Positions 39,663-49,671 are shown, counted from the stretch's first letter. The stretch is DNA of 62,807 nucleotides from Promethearchaeia archaeon (GCA_029856105.1 JAHQWH010000011.1:1-62807); one strand, 5' to 3'. Made by a program: numbers and translations. Notes: a model not told the origin generated them from the sequence alone.

Positions 39663-39774
39663 GTAAAATTTGAAAAAGAAATGCAGCACAATTAACTTCC
39701 TTATGAATTTAATATAAATTTATTTTGTTACTTAACTTATTTTTATATAGTTAAACTACTTTAAAGCGAATATA

Positions 39775-40236
39775 ATGCAAAATATTATTCAGATTGAAAT
39801 AGAATTAAATTGTGGTGTTAATCAAGCATTCAATTTGTTCACAGTTAACGAAGAATTAGAATCGTTGCTACCTGAGAAAGCAGAAGTTGAACCTAAAGTT
39901 GGTGGAAAATACGAACTATTTTGGGACCCCCAGAATAGGGAAATTAATAGTACGATAGGATGCAAGATTACCAGCATTGAAAAGGATAAATTTCTATCCT
40001 TTGAATGGAAAGGTCCAGAAAGATTTCAATCTTTTATGAATTTCTGTGATCCGTTAACACATGTAGTAGTTTTTTTCTCTCCTAAATGTGATGATCCGAA
40101 AAAAACAACCCTCTTTCTCTTCCACTCTGGTTGGAGAGATGGTCCCGAGTGGCAAAAAGCTCGTGATTATTTTGAAAAAGCGTGGTCAGGTGCGTTAACT
40201 AATTTAAAAGAAAAACTAAGCAGTAAAATAACTTGA
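39775..40236 (+). CDS. SRPBCC/AHSA1 domain protein
   Basis: VEPKVGGKYELFW, LSFEW, LFHSGW, W..ALTNLK. Confidence 0.85.
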   Translation: MQNIIQIEIELNCGVNQAFNLFTVNEELESLLPEKAEVEPKVGGKYELFWDPQNREINSTIGCKITSIEKDKFLSFEWKGPERFQSFMNFCDPLTHVVVFFSPKCDDPKKTTLFLFHSGWRDGPEWQKARDYFEKAWSGALTNLKEKLSSKIT

Positions 40237-40321
40237 TTAAGTGCAATCTTAAACTTTAATTTTATTTTATCTTTTATCCCCGACATTTAAATGAGCACAT
40301 TACTTATAATTACAATAACTA

Positions 40322-41002
40322 ATGTCGAAAGAATTCTTATTTGATTTGAAACTAGATAGTTTTAGAGAATGTTTCAATAATTACACGAGAAAAGCGTTCC
40401 AAACCCTTCCCAAATTGGAAAAGCCCCGCATACTTGATATTGGTTGTGGTTCGGGGGTTCCTACTATGGAATTAGCAGGATTATGCAATGGTGAAATAAT
40501 AGGAATCGATATTGATCAAGATCTTTTGGACAGATTAAGTAGAAAAATTGAACAAGAAGGCTTATCCAACAGAGTAAAGGCTATTAAATGCTCTCTCTTA
40601 GATATTAAATTTCCAGACGATAGTTTCGATATCATATGGGCTGAGGGTTCAATAACAACCCTAGGTGTCGAAAAAAGTTTAAGAGGATGGAATAGGCTAC
40701 TTAAACCTAAGGGTTTCTTGGTTGTTCATGACGAAATTAAGCACTTTTTCAAAAAACGCCATAAAGTTGCTAGCTGTGGTTATAAATTAATTGAACACTT
40801 TTCTTTGCCAGAGGAAGCTTGGTGGGAAGAATATTATAGTCCACTTGAGATTAGAATCAAAGAATTGTATAAAAAATATAGTAACGATCCAAACGCTCTT
40901 GAAGTGCTAAATACACATCAAAATGAGGTAGACATGGTCAAGGCCAGTCCTAAAAGTTTTCAATCAGTTTTTTGTATAATGCAAAAAATAAAAGAATTAT
41001 AA
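40322..41002 (+). CDS. Class I SAM-dependent methyltransferase
   Basis: ILDIGCGSG, FDIIWAEGS, LKPKGFLV. Confidence 0.9.
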   Translation: MSKEFLFDLKLDSFRECFNNYTRKAFQTLPKLEKPRILDIGCGSGVPTMELAGLCNGEIIGIDIDQDLLDRLSRKIEQEGLSNRVKAIKCSLLDIKFPDDSFDIIWAEGSITTLGVEKSLRGWNRLLKPKGFLVVHDEIKHFFKKRHKVASCGYKLIEHFSLPEEAWWEEYYSPLEIRIKELYKKYSNDPNALEVLNTHQNEVDMVKASPKSFQSVFCIMQKIKEL

Positions 41003-41009
41003 AATAGCG

Positions 41010-42230
41010 TTATTTCAGATAATTTAACGCTGTTAGCGCAAACATTTTCACCAAATCCATTAGATCCTTAATATACACGAACTCATCTTCGGAATGAATG
41101 TTATTATCTTTCGCGGAAGCTCCTACTAATATAGTTGGAATCCCTCTTTCTTGAAACCAGTGCGCATCGGTTGAAGGCATCATAGTTTTAAATTCTCTCC
41201 TTTCACCATGGATTTTCTCCGCCGCTCTTAGAACAATTTTAGCAAATTCAGAAGATTCATCAATCACTTGCGGCTCCATTACAATTGGCATTTGAACGGT
41301 TACATCCAAGTCTGGGTCTTCCTCTTTCATTTTTTCAATAAAATCAAGGAGTCTCTTCCATATACTTGTAACATCTTGTTCTGGAATTGTATTTATAGTT
41401 AGATGAAGATAACATCGATCTGGAACCGTCGTGATTTTAGTACCACCATGAATTTCCGCAAGATTAATACTACTCACGTTAGAACCCCATCCATCTGAAG
41501 TGGGATATTTAGTAGTTTTTTCTAGCAGTTCTTCTTTCAGTTTAAGTAAGAAATTCATTATCTTGACCATCCTTTCGATAGTATTTATCCCCGAATTCTC
41601 ATTACGATAAGGTGGAGGAAGGTCTGGGAATGCTAGCCCATGAGCGGTCTTTCCTTTGATGGTTATCGTGATATACAGGTTTCCACCACAATATCCAAAG
41701 GGATATCCATTAGCTGCGTCACCTAATAAGCACGCATCTCCAGAGACTAATCCACTACTTAGGAGGTATTCTGCCCCTCTTAATCCTCCAGTTTCTTCAT
41801 CTCCTACAGCAGTTAGTATTAATTTTCCTTTAAGATCAACTCCTGCTTCAAGTAATGCTTGAATGGCAAAAATCTCAGCAGTCACTGAAGATTTATCGTC
41901 AGAAGCACCTCTTCCATAGATTTTTTCTCCAACAATTTCCGCTCCAAACGGATCCTTTGACCACCCTTTAAATGCTTCAACTGTATCAAAATGCCCGTTG
42001 AAAATTAAGGTTGGACCATCACCATTTTCAAGCTCACCAATGACATTATTTCTTTTAATAGATGTTTTTAAACCGATGTCTCGCATTTTTCTCTCTACGA
42101 ATCTAGCAACTTCCTTATATTTTGAAGGGGGATTTTCAGAGGGGATTCTTACAATATCTTGAAGAAATTTAATAATATCATCCCTCATATTGTCTATTTT
42201 ATCTAAAATTAGTTTTTCTAAATCAGCCAT
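41010..42230 (-). CDS. M20 metallopeptidase, ArgE/DapE family
   Basis: FNGHFDTV, YGRGASDDK, DEETGG, GKTAHG, NIHSEDE. Confidence 0.9.
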   Translation of the reverse strand: MADLEKLILDKIDNMRDDIIKFLQDIVRIPSENPPSKYKEVARFVERKMRDIGLKTSIKRNNVIGELENGDGPTLIFNGHFDTVEAFKGWSKDPFGAEIVGEKIYGRGASDDKSSVTAEIFAIQALLEAGVDLKGKLILTAVGDEETGGLRGAEYLLSSGLVSGDACLLGDAANGYPFGYCGGNLYITITIKGKTAHGLAFPDLPPPYRNENSGINTIERMVKIMNFLLKLKEELLEKTTKYPTSDGWGSNVSSINLAEIHGGTKITTVPDRCYLHLTINTIPEQDVTSIWKRLLDFIEKMKEEDPDLDVTVQMPIVMEPQVIDESSEFAKIVLRAAEKIHGERREFKTMMPSTDAHWFQERGIPTILVGASAKDNNIHSEDEFVYIKDLMDLVKMFALTALNYLK

Positions 42231-42257
42231 ATTTAATCTCCTTTTATGATAGTTTAT

Positions 42258-43496
42258 TTAATCTTTATTTCTTAAATAATTGAATGCAGTTAAAGCAAAT
42301 ATTTTTGTTGTATCAATTAAATCGTCAATAGATACAAACTCATCCTCAGCATGTACGTTATTTTCATGAGTTCCAGTTCCCATTATTATCGTTTCTATTC
42401 CCTTTTCATGGAACCAATGCCCATCGTTTGCGGATTGGAATAATTTAAACTCTCTATCTTCACTATACACTGTATTTACGGCTTTTTGAACGGTTTTAGC
42501 GAATTTAGATTTAATATCTGATGCAAATGGTTCAAAGGACATTGCAAATTGAACATTGATGTTCAAGTCAGGATCTTCTTTTTTAGCAGCTTCTATGAAC
42601 TCTAAAATGCGAGTCTTTATACTTTCTATGTCTTGTTCTGGAATGGTATTAATAATACAGTATAACAAGCACTTATCTGGTACAGCAGATAATTTGTCGC
42701 CGCCCTCAATCTTTGCTATATTGACAGTACTAACTTTTGAAGGGTGTCCAGGAAAATTTGGATATTTAGTTTCAGTATTGAGGAACTCTGCTTGTAATTG
42801 AGTCAAAAAATTCATCACGCCAATCATTTTTTGTATTGCATTGACTCCTGAAAACTCGTTTCTATAAACTGGAATGTCGGGAAAACTTAAAGCGTGAGCT
42901 TTTTTTCCTTTAATTAGAAATGTAACAAGTAAGAATCCTCCGGTATAGGCTGCTGGAAAACCTCCGCGCCCATCACCTAATAGACAAGCATCGCCATTAA
43001 TATGTCCCTTATCCAATAAGTATCTAACGCCATTAAACCCGCCTGTTTCTTCGTCTATTACCGAAATTAACGTTAACCTTCCCTCTAATTTAATACCTAA
43101 CTCAAGCAAGGCTTTAGTTGCAAAAATTTCTGCAGTTACACATGCTTTATCGTCACAAGCTCCTCTGCCATATATCTTTCCATCAATTATATGACCTCCA
43201 AAAGGGTCTTCTGTCCATCCCTTATAAGCAGGGACTGTGTCCATATGTCCATATAATAACAAAGAGGGTCCCGTTAGATTTTCATACTTCCCTACTACAT
43301 TATTTCGTTTTATAAAAGTTTTAAGACCAAGCTCTTCAAATTTATTCTGAACAAACTGTGCTATCTGTTTATACTTACCTGGTGGATTCTCGGAAGGAAT
43401 TTGAATGATTTCCTTATGAAAATGCACAATTTGCTCCCGCATTTCTTCTATTTTTTCTATAATCGCTTTTTCAATACTTTCCATTTTTATACTCAC
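42258..43496 (-). CDS. M20 metallopeptidase, ArgE/DapE family (tandem paralog)
   Basis: GHMDTV, YGRGACDDK, DEETGG, GKKAHA, NVHAEDE. Confidence 0.9.
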   Translation of the reverse strand: MSIKMESIEKAIIEKIEEMREQIVHFHKEIIQIPSENPPGKYKQIAQFVQNKFEELGLKTFIKRNNVVGKYENLTGPSLLLYGHMDTVPAYKGWTEDPFGGHIIDGKIYGRGACDDKACVTAEIFATKALLELGIKLEGRLTLISVIDEETGGFNGVRYLLDKGHINGDACLLGDGRGGFPAAYTGGFLLVTFLIKGKKAHALSFPDIPVYRNEFSGVNAIQKMIGVMNFLTQLQAEFLNTETKYPNFPGHPSKVSTVNIAKIEGGDKLSAVPDKCLLYCIINTIPEQDIESIKTRILEFIEAAKKEDPDLNINVQFAMSFEPFASDIKSKFAKTVQKAVNTVYSEDREFKLFQSANDGHWFHEKGIETIIMGTGTHENNVHAEDEFVSIDDLIDTTKIFALTAFNYLRNKD

Positions 43497-43624
43497 AAAT
43501 CCTTATTAGATACATATTTGATGTGGATGTATATAAAACTAAAAAATTAAAAAACTAACGATCACATAATTACTTATCTTTTTTAATTAAAAGAACTCGA
43601 ATTAATAATATAAAGTGATAATAG

Positions 43625-44635
43625 ATGGCTAAAAGGGTAGCAATTAACGGATTCGGTAGAATCGGACGAAATTTCTTCCGAGCAGTAGTAGAGAAATATC
43701 CTAACGAAATTGAAATAGTATCCATTAACGATTTATTCGAACCAAAATACTTGGCTTACGTCTTAAAATACGATTCTGTTTTTGGACGATTTAAAGGAAC
43801 TATCGAGGCTAAGGAAAAATCTTTGGTAATAAATGGAAAGGAAATTCCTGTTACGGCAGAACGAGACCCAGCAAATTTACCGCATGCTAGTAATAATATT
43901 GACGTTGCTCTCGAGTCCACTGGATTCTTTACGAAAAGAGAGGGCGCCGCAAAGCATTTAGAGGCTGGAGCTAAGAAAGTTTTAATTAGCGCACCTGCGG
44001 TAAATCCTGATTTTACCGTTGTAATAGGTTGTAACGACGATAAATTAACTAACGAACATAAAATCATTTCGAATGCAAGTTGCACAACGAATTGTTTAGG
44101 TCCAGTAGTAAAAGTATTAATGGACAATTATGGAATTGTTAACGGAATTATGACTACAGTCCATTCATATACAGGCGATCAAAAACCAGTTGATACAGCA
44201 AGAGCAGCAGATCCCATAAAAATGATTCGTGGTCGGGCTTGTGCAGCAAATATAGTTCCAACTTCCACTGGTGCAGCTAAAGCAATTGGTGTCGTGTTTC
44301 CAGAATTAAACGGTAAAATGGATGGCATTGCCATGCGCATTCCTACTCCAAACGGGAGCGTTGTTGATTTAAAAGTAAATCTAGGGAAATCTGTCACAGT
44401 AGAAGATGTTAACGCTAAAATGAAAGAAGCCGCATCAGGTTATCTAAAAGGAATTTTAGAATATACCGACGATGCAATAGTAACTACCGATATTGTCGGC
44501 AATCCCGCAAGTTCTATTTTCTCGAGCTTGTGGACCAAGGTAATCGGTGGTACTTTCTGTGGTGTCGTTAGCTGGTACGATAACGAATGGGGTTATTCCA
44601 ATCGTTTGGCAGATTTAATCGTCAAGAAATTATAA
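43625..44635 (+). CDS. gap: Type I (bacterial/eukaryotic-class) glyceraldehyde-3-phosphate dehydrogenase
   Basis: AINGFGRIGR, SNASCTTNCL, PTSTGAAKA, WYDNEWGYS. Confidence 0.95.
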   Translation: MAKRVAINGFGRIGRNFFRAVVEKYPNEIEIVSINDLFEPKYLAYVLKYDSVFGRFKGTIEAKEKSLVINGKEIPVTAERDPANLPHASNNIDVALESTGFFTKREGAAKHLEAGAKKVLISAPAVNPDFTVVIGCNDDKLTNEHKIISNASCTTNCLGPVVKVLMDNYGIVNGIMTTVHSYTGDQKPVDTARAADPIKMIRGRACAANIVPTSTGAAKAIGVVFPELNGKMDGIAMRIPTPNGSVVDLKVNLGKSVTVEDVNAKMKEAASGYLKGILEYTDDAIVTTDIVGNPASSIFSSLWTKVIGGTFCGVVSWYDNEWGYSNRLADLIVKKL

Positions 44636-44835
44636 ATCATTAACAATCTCAATTTTTTTTTTATTTTTTTTATTTTCTTCTATTTGTTTAAATTTTTCGT
44701 TATAACATCACAGAATCTAATATTTTGAAAAGGTTAAAAAATTTTGAAATTATTATTTGATTGTGGGATAGAACATAAAAACAAATTAATGGAAATGTTT
44801 TTAAAAACTTTCTTTTATAAGTTTATAGGATTAAA

Positions 44836-46209
44836 ATGGTTTATTTTCAAATTAGCCCTATTGGTTTTGATTGTAGAAGGGATAAAAATAATTGTGAGAA
44901 ATATCCAGATTTCTGTAAGGAGTGTGTTAAAACTCAACTTGAAAAACTTGGGTTAAACCTTGATCATAACTTGAAATTCACGATTATTGATTCTGAAGAA
45001 AAACGTGTTCAAATGTTCCAAGACCTAATATGGCAGAAATTTTTAGATGTTTTGAATATAAAATACATTTTATTAATGGCTAAAGAATCTGGGTTAGATC
45101 TGATTGATTATCCGATTTCAGGGGCAGGTGTAAATACTGAATTACTAACCGGATTTATCCAAGCAAATATTACGTTTTCAGAATCTAGTAATACTTCAGA
45201 TGGATTTGTAAATCATGGAAATGACGGTCAATTTTATGAATTTCAATACGAAAAATTCAATCTTTTACTCAAAAATGGCCAATTTATTCGAATCTGTTTA
45301 GTTTTAGATAATAAAGCTTCTGATAGCTTGAAAACTCTTGTAACTGACTTTTTAGGCGAATACGAAAGTAGATATCTTGATAAAATTGGGGCACATATAA
45401 GAAAAGGAATGAAGCATTTCGAAGATACTATTGATTACATAACCGACACTTTTAATGTTAAACTAGTTTTTCCCATGATTCTAACGCACACATTATTACC
45501 AGACGAATTAGCTTTAATTCAAAAAAATCCTATTCAAAAAGCAATAATAGATTTTGCAAAATTATTGTTAGCTTCAAAATCATTCTTCTTTATTATCAAC
45601 TTAATCGATAAAGTTCAAAAAATAGTTCGGATAGACTCAAATAAGATACTTTATGAAGTGTACAAACTTATAGAAAAAAAAATAATTATCCCTACTACAA
45701 TTGAAACTGCTGAAGATACAATTTGTAAATTTCAAGAAACACGAGCGGTAAGAATAGCTAACAATGAATTAATTTCTTCACTAATTTCTAATAATGATGC
45801 TATAAATGAATTGAAAGAGAAAGCAAAACATATGAGTGTAGAAGAAATTAATTCATCAATACTTTCTTTCATACGAAAAGCCGAAACTGCCGAAAAAGGA
45901 TTTGCTTATAAAGAAGCACAGAAAGAATATGAAATGGCTCTTTACTTAGCATCTGGTTTTGATTATAAAGAGGAAGTAGGGAGAATATCATTTATGATTT
46001 TAGAACTTGATAAAAAGATAAAAGAATTGGAATTAGAGTATGCCTTAAAAGTAGGAGAAAAAGCTGAGAAAAAAAAGGATTACGTTAAAGCTATTAATTA
46101 TTATCAACAAGGATTAAAAATTCTAAATGATGTTCAAGATCTTAATGGAAACGAATCTCAAATAAAAAAATTGAAAAAAAAAATTGTAAGCCTTCAAAAA
46201 AATTTATAA
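44836..46209 (+). CDS. Asgard-type multidomain protein: Cys-rich N-terminus + longin-like + wHTH + TPR-like helices
   Basis: C..C..CKEC; ILLMAKESGLDL..LLTGFIQA..FYEFQYEKFNLLL..IRICLVL (longin/roadblock-like); C-terminal AEKKKDYVKAINYYQQG. Confidence 0.55.
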   Translation: MVYFQISPIGFDCRRDKNNCEKYPDFCKECVKTQLEKLGLNLDHNLKFTIIDSEEKRVQMFQDLIWQKFLDVLNIKYILLMAKESGLDLIDYPISGAGVNTELLTGFIQANITFSESSNTSDGFVNHGNDGQFYEFQYEKFNLLLKNGQFIRICLVLDNKASDSLKTLVTDFLGEYESRYLDKIGAHIRKGMKHFEDTIDYITDTFNVKLVFPMILTHTLLPDELALIQKNPIQKAIIDFAKLLLASKSFFFIINLIDKVQKIVRIDSNKILYEVYKLIEKKIIIPTTIETAEDTICKFQETRAVRIANNELISSLISNNDAINELKEKAKHMSVEEINSSILSFIRKAETAEKGFAYKEAQKEYEMALYLASGFDYKEEVGRISFMILELDKKIKELELEYALKVGEKAEKKKDYVKAINYYQQGLKILNDVQDLNGNESQIKKLKKKIVSLQKNL

Positions 46210-46438
46210 AATTAAAGAACAAAGCTACTTCTTTTATTATCTTCAATGTATTATGCCAAAAAAAAATAAACATATTGTTATACTTTTACTCCTCAATTAA
46301 TTCGGTTTTTTTCTTTTCTTATTTTTCAATATTAACAGTATGTTTTATTTAACGAAAAATTATGACTCTTTTAACTTATATATAGGATTTTTTACTACGA
46401 ATCATAATTCAAGGTAAATTATAGATTTAAAATAAGAA

Positions 46439-46891
46439 ATGTATAATTCTCTTAAAAAGTATAATAATCAATTATACACAGGCATGAAGATTGGTGGGTC
46501 TCATAAATGGATCTACAACGACGGAAAATGGAATGAAACAAAAACAGCTCCAAACAAATGGACAATTAACTTTAATAGTGTAAAAACAAGAGTAAATCCC
46601 GCACCGTCTAATTCAGGGGCTAATATTGGCACAAAATTTCATTGGTACGTTATTGCCGATCAAATCGCGACTAAACTAAATAAGGATTCTTATATGACGC
46701 AAATGAAAGGTATTAAATATAAAATCGGTCATAAGCGTCCTCAATGGCGAACTTTTAGTTACAATTATCCTGAGCAAAACTCGTATAAAGAACGAGTTAT
46801 AAAAATATTAGAAGATATTCTTAACAAATTAAAGAACGAAAATTTGCCTGGAAACGACTCAATAACTCGGTTTCTTTTTAATGAAATTTAA
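46439..46891 (+). CDS. Conserved hypothetical beta-rich protein
   Basis: YTGMKIGGSHKWIY..GKW.ETK.APNKW..APSNSGA..GT.FHWY...KIGHKRP resembles an uncharacterised family I recall from bacteria and fungi. Confidence 0.6.
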   Translation: MYNSLKKYNNQLYTGMKIGGSHKWIYNDGKWNETKTAPNKWTINFNSVKTRVNPAPSNSGANIGTKFHWYVIADQIATKLNKDSYMTQMKGIKYKIGHKRPQWRTFSYNYPEQNSYKERVIKILEDILNKLKNENLPGNDSITRFLFNEI

Positions 46892-47530
46892 TTGATAGAC
46901 AAACCAATTACCGAAACCTTCGTAAAAATCCAGACCTGCTTCTTTTGCCCACCTTTTTTCAGTTCTACGTAGTGGATAATCAGGATCCAGAAAGAGTTCA
47001 CTCAAAGATATTATACCATCTGGCTTTAGAATTCTTTTAAATTCCATTAATATTCTTATAGGATCAGGAATTTCGGGTAAACATGTAATCGCAAAGATTC
47101 GATCTACACTTTCATCTTCAAACGAAAGGTTATAAGCGTCGTCTATTTTAGGAATAATATTTTGAATACTCTCTTTTTTAATTTTTTTCTTTAAACGGTT
47201 GATGATTGATTCTTGAATATCAATTGCAAATACTTTTCCATTAGGTTGTACCTTTTCTGCTACAGCTTTCGTATAACTGCCTTTACCAGGACCTATTTCT
47301 ACAACGGTCATTCCGGGTTTAAGTTGCATTCGTTCAGCAATAAGTTCAGGTTTTTGTAGTAATCTACGACGGATCGGGTTATCAATCAATCTCGTTGCGA
47401 AAGCCGGGATGGGAAATTTGTATATTTTTCTAATAATTCTCACTATTACTAATATAATAAATAAGAAACACAAAAAAGCAATTAATAATATGAAAAAAGC
47501 AGTTCCTAATATTGATGTCCAATCTGAGAT
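46859..47530 (-). CDS. Membrane-anchored SAM-dependent methyltransferase (probable ATC start at 47530)
   Basis: VVEIGPGKG, FAIDIQ, LKPDGIISL; frame open through TM ISDWTSILGTAFFILLIAF to an ATC 7 nt after GGTGA. Confidence 0.8.
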   Translation of the reverse strand: MSDWTSILGTAFFILLIAFLCFLFIILVIVRIIRKIYKFPIPAFATRLIDNPIRRRLLQKPELIAERMQLKPGMTVVEIGPGKGSYTKAVAEKVQPNGKVFAIDIQESIINRLKKKIKKESIQNIIPKIDDAYNLSFEDESVDRIFAITCLPEIPDPIRILMEFKRILKPDGIISLSELFLDPDYPLRRTEKRWAKEAGLDFYEGFGNWFVYQLNFIKKKPSY

Positions 47531-47586
47531 TTTAATTTCACCAATTAGTTATAATAAATTTAAGAATTTTTTTATCCTTTAATTTT

Positions 47587-47611
47587 ATTCCAAATAATTC
47601 AAAAAGGAAAT
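47587..47611 (+). repeat. 25-bp direct repeat flanking the alpha/beta hydrolase (second copy 48567-48591)
   Basis: attccaaataattcaaaaaggaaat vs attccaaataatttaaaaaggaaat (24/25). Confidence 0.65.
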
Positions 47612-47670
47612 TATTAAACAGGACTCCACGATTTCCTACGATTAAGGCTTATTCCACAACAAATTGACAA

Positions 47671-48471
47671 TTAGTTTTTTAAAAATTCAATTAGATTTTT
47701 TATAACTATGTCAGATTCCTGCGAAAAAATATCATGAGCAACATCTTCAAATATAACTAACTTTGCTCCTTTTATATTTTGAGCTAAGATTTCGGCATTT
47801 TGTGCTGGAGACAAGAGGTCATGTTTACCCTGCATTATTAAAGTTGGTCTATTAATATTTTTTAGGCGTTTGTAAGTGTTAAATTTCACAATCGCATCTA
47901 TCTGTCTTTTATACATTTTAGGAGGAGTGGGGTATTTACATTCTCTCTGTATGCACTCCTCAATAACTTTAGGGTTTTCTTTAATGAATTTTTCAGTTAA
48001 TCTAGCCGACATAGATTTCCTCGTTATTTCTTCAGGTGTTGATTCTTCTCTTGGTTGCATCATAATCTTTAAAGCCTCTGGTAATGGTAAAGCTGATTTA
48101 GAGAATCCACAATTTGTAGAACAGAGTATAAGCTTTTCAACTCTTTCGGGATAATTTAACACTAATTCTTGTGCTATAGTTCCTCCCATTGAGATTCCAA
48201 GGATATGAGCGCGTTTAATATTTAGAGCATCCATCAAACTGACAGTATCATCAGCAAACATTTTCATAGAATACTCAATATCAGGTTTATCTGATCTGCC
48301 AGATCCACGATTATCAAAAACAACCACTTTAAAAATTTTTGAAAGTTTCTTTATAAAACGAGGAGGCCAGAAATCGGCATTTCCTCCAACACCCATAATC
48401 ATTACAAGTGGAGGACCCTGTCCATAAATCTCATAATACATTTTAATATCATTAATCTTTATTTTTGGCAA
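47671..48471 (-). CDS. Alpha/beta hydrolase (PcaD/MhpC-like)
   Basis: FDNRGSGRS, GISMGG nucleophile elbow, PTLIMQGKHD, AHD. Confidence 0.9.
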   Translation of the reverse strand: MPKIKINDIKMYYEIYGQGPPLVMIMGVGGNADFWPPRFIKKLSKIFKVVVFDNRGSGRSDKPDIEYSMKMFADDTVSLMDALNIKRAHILGISMGGTIAQELVLNYPERVEKLILCSTNCGFSKSALPLPEALKIMMQPREESTPEEITRKSMSARLTEKFIKENPKVIEECIQRECKYPTPPKMYKRQIDAIVKFNTYKRLKNINRPTLIMQGKHDLLSPAQNAEILAQNIKGAKLVIFEDVAHDIFSQESDIVIKNLIEFLKN

Positions 48472-48622
48472 TTATAATCCCTCAATAAGTATTTAAAAAT
48501 ATTTAATTTTTAACATAAAAGTCAGAAAAATATGTTCTTAGTTTCTTTTAAAATTAGCTATTTTAAATTCCAAATAATTTAAAAAGGAAATAATTTTAAT
48601 AGCTTTTAATTTATTCATATTC

Positions 48623-49555
48623 ATGGACTTAAGCACTGCGAAAGAAATAAAACTTGAAGATAAAGGTTTATTCGACAAATATTTTCAGAATTACCCTCCT
48701 CAGACGTCTGAATTCACTTTTACGAATCTATACATGTGGAGGAACTTCTACGGATTATTTTTTATGGAATGGGAGGGGCACCTTCTACTATTTTCGCGGG
48801 ATGTTTTTAAGAAAAGGAAAACCGCGATGTCCGGAAGCGATAACGCGTTGTTTTTTTTCGCTCCAATTGGTCCAAAACCTGCTGATGTAATTATTACTCT
48901 GTTTGAAAATTTTAATGAAATTGAATTTCACAGGATTCCTGAACAGCTTACAGAAAATCTTAGGAGCCACGAAAAGTTTCCGGCTTTAAATATTGAGATT
49001 TTTGAAGATCGAGATAACTGGGATTATGTATACGAGGGAGAGAACCTTAGAGATTTACTGGGTAATCGCTACCGTCAAAATAGAAGGTGGTTAAACAAGT
49101 TTTTAGAAAATTACGATTATGAATTTAAGATATTAACGGAGGACGAAGTTGCCAAGACCAAGAAACTACAGTTGGAGTGGTGTATTCTTAGAGAATGTGA
49201 AGACGACGAAGGTTTGGAACAAGAGGAGAAAGCCATTTACGACGCCTTAGACAATTTTTCTTCGTTAGGTTTTAAAGGAGCGTTAATTTGCGTTGATAAC
49301 AAATGTGTTGCTTACACATTTGGAGAAATGTTAAATTCGGACACGATCGTAATACATATTGAGAAAGCACATATGGAATATGAAGGTGCGTATCAAGCGA
49401 TTAGCAATCTGTTTTTAAAAAGCAGTTTTATAAATGCCATGTTCGTTAATCGAGAGCAAGATTTAGGAGTCCCCGGTCTACGTAGATCAAAAGAATCGTA
49501 TAAACCAATTCATATGGTCCAAAAGAGCATACTATATCGAAAAACATCGAAATAA
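48623..49555 (+). CDS. DUF2156 / phosphatidylglycerol lysyltransferase C-terminal-like GNAT protein
   Basis: SEFTFTNLYMW, DRDNWDYVY, HIEKA, NREQDLGVPGLRRSKESYKP. Confidence 0.88.
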   Translation: MDLSTAKEIKLEDKGLFDKYFQNYPPQTSEFTFTNLYMWRNFYGLFFMEWEGHLLLFSRDVFKKRKTAMSGSDNALFFFAPIGPKPADVIITLFENFNEIEFHRIPEQLTENLRSHEKFPALNIEIFEDRDNWDYVYEGENLRDLLGNRYRQNRRWLNKFLENYDYEFKILTEDEVAKTKKLQLEWCILRECEDDEGLEQEEKAIYDALDNFSSLGFKGALICVDNKCVAYTFGEMLNSDTIVIHIEKAHMEYEGAYQAISNLFLKSSFINAMFVNREQDLGVPGLRRSKESYKPIHMVQKSILYRKTSK

Positions 49556-49671
49556 GAATTGGATTTATGAAAGTTTAAATACTTTTTTTAAATTGTAGAA
49601 ATTAAGTAGATATAATTAATATATATGAATTAACATATAATACAAAAGAAACGAAATTAATGTGATTCAAA

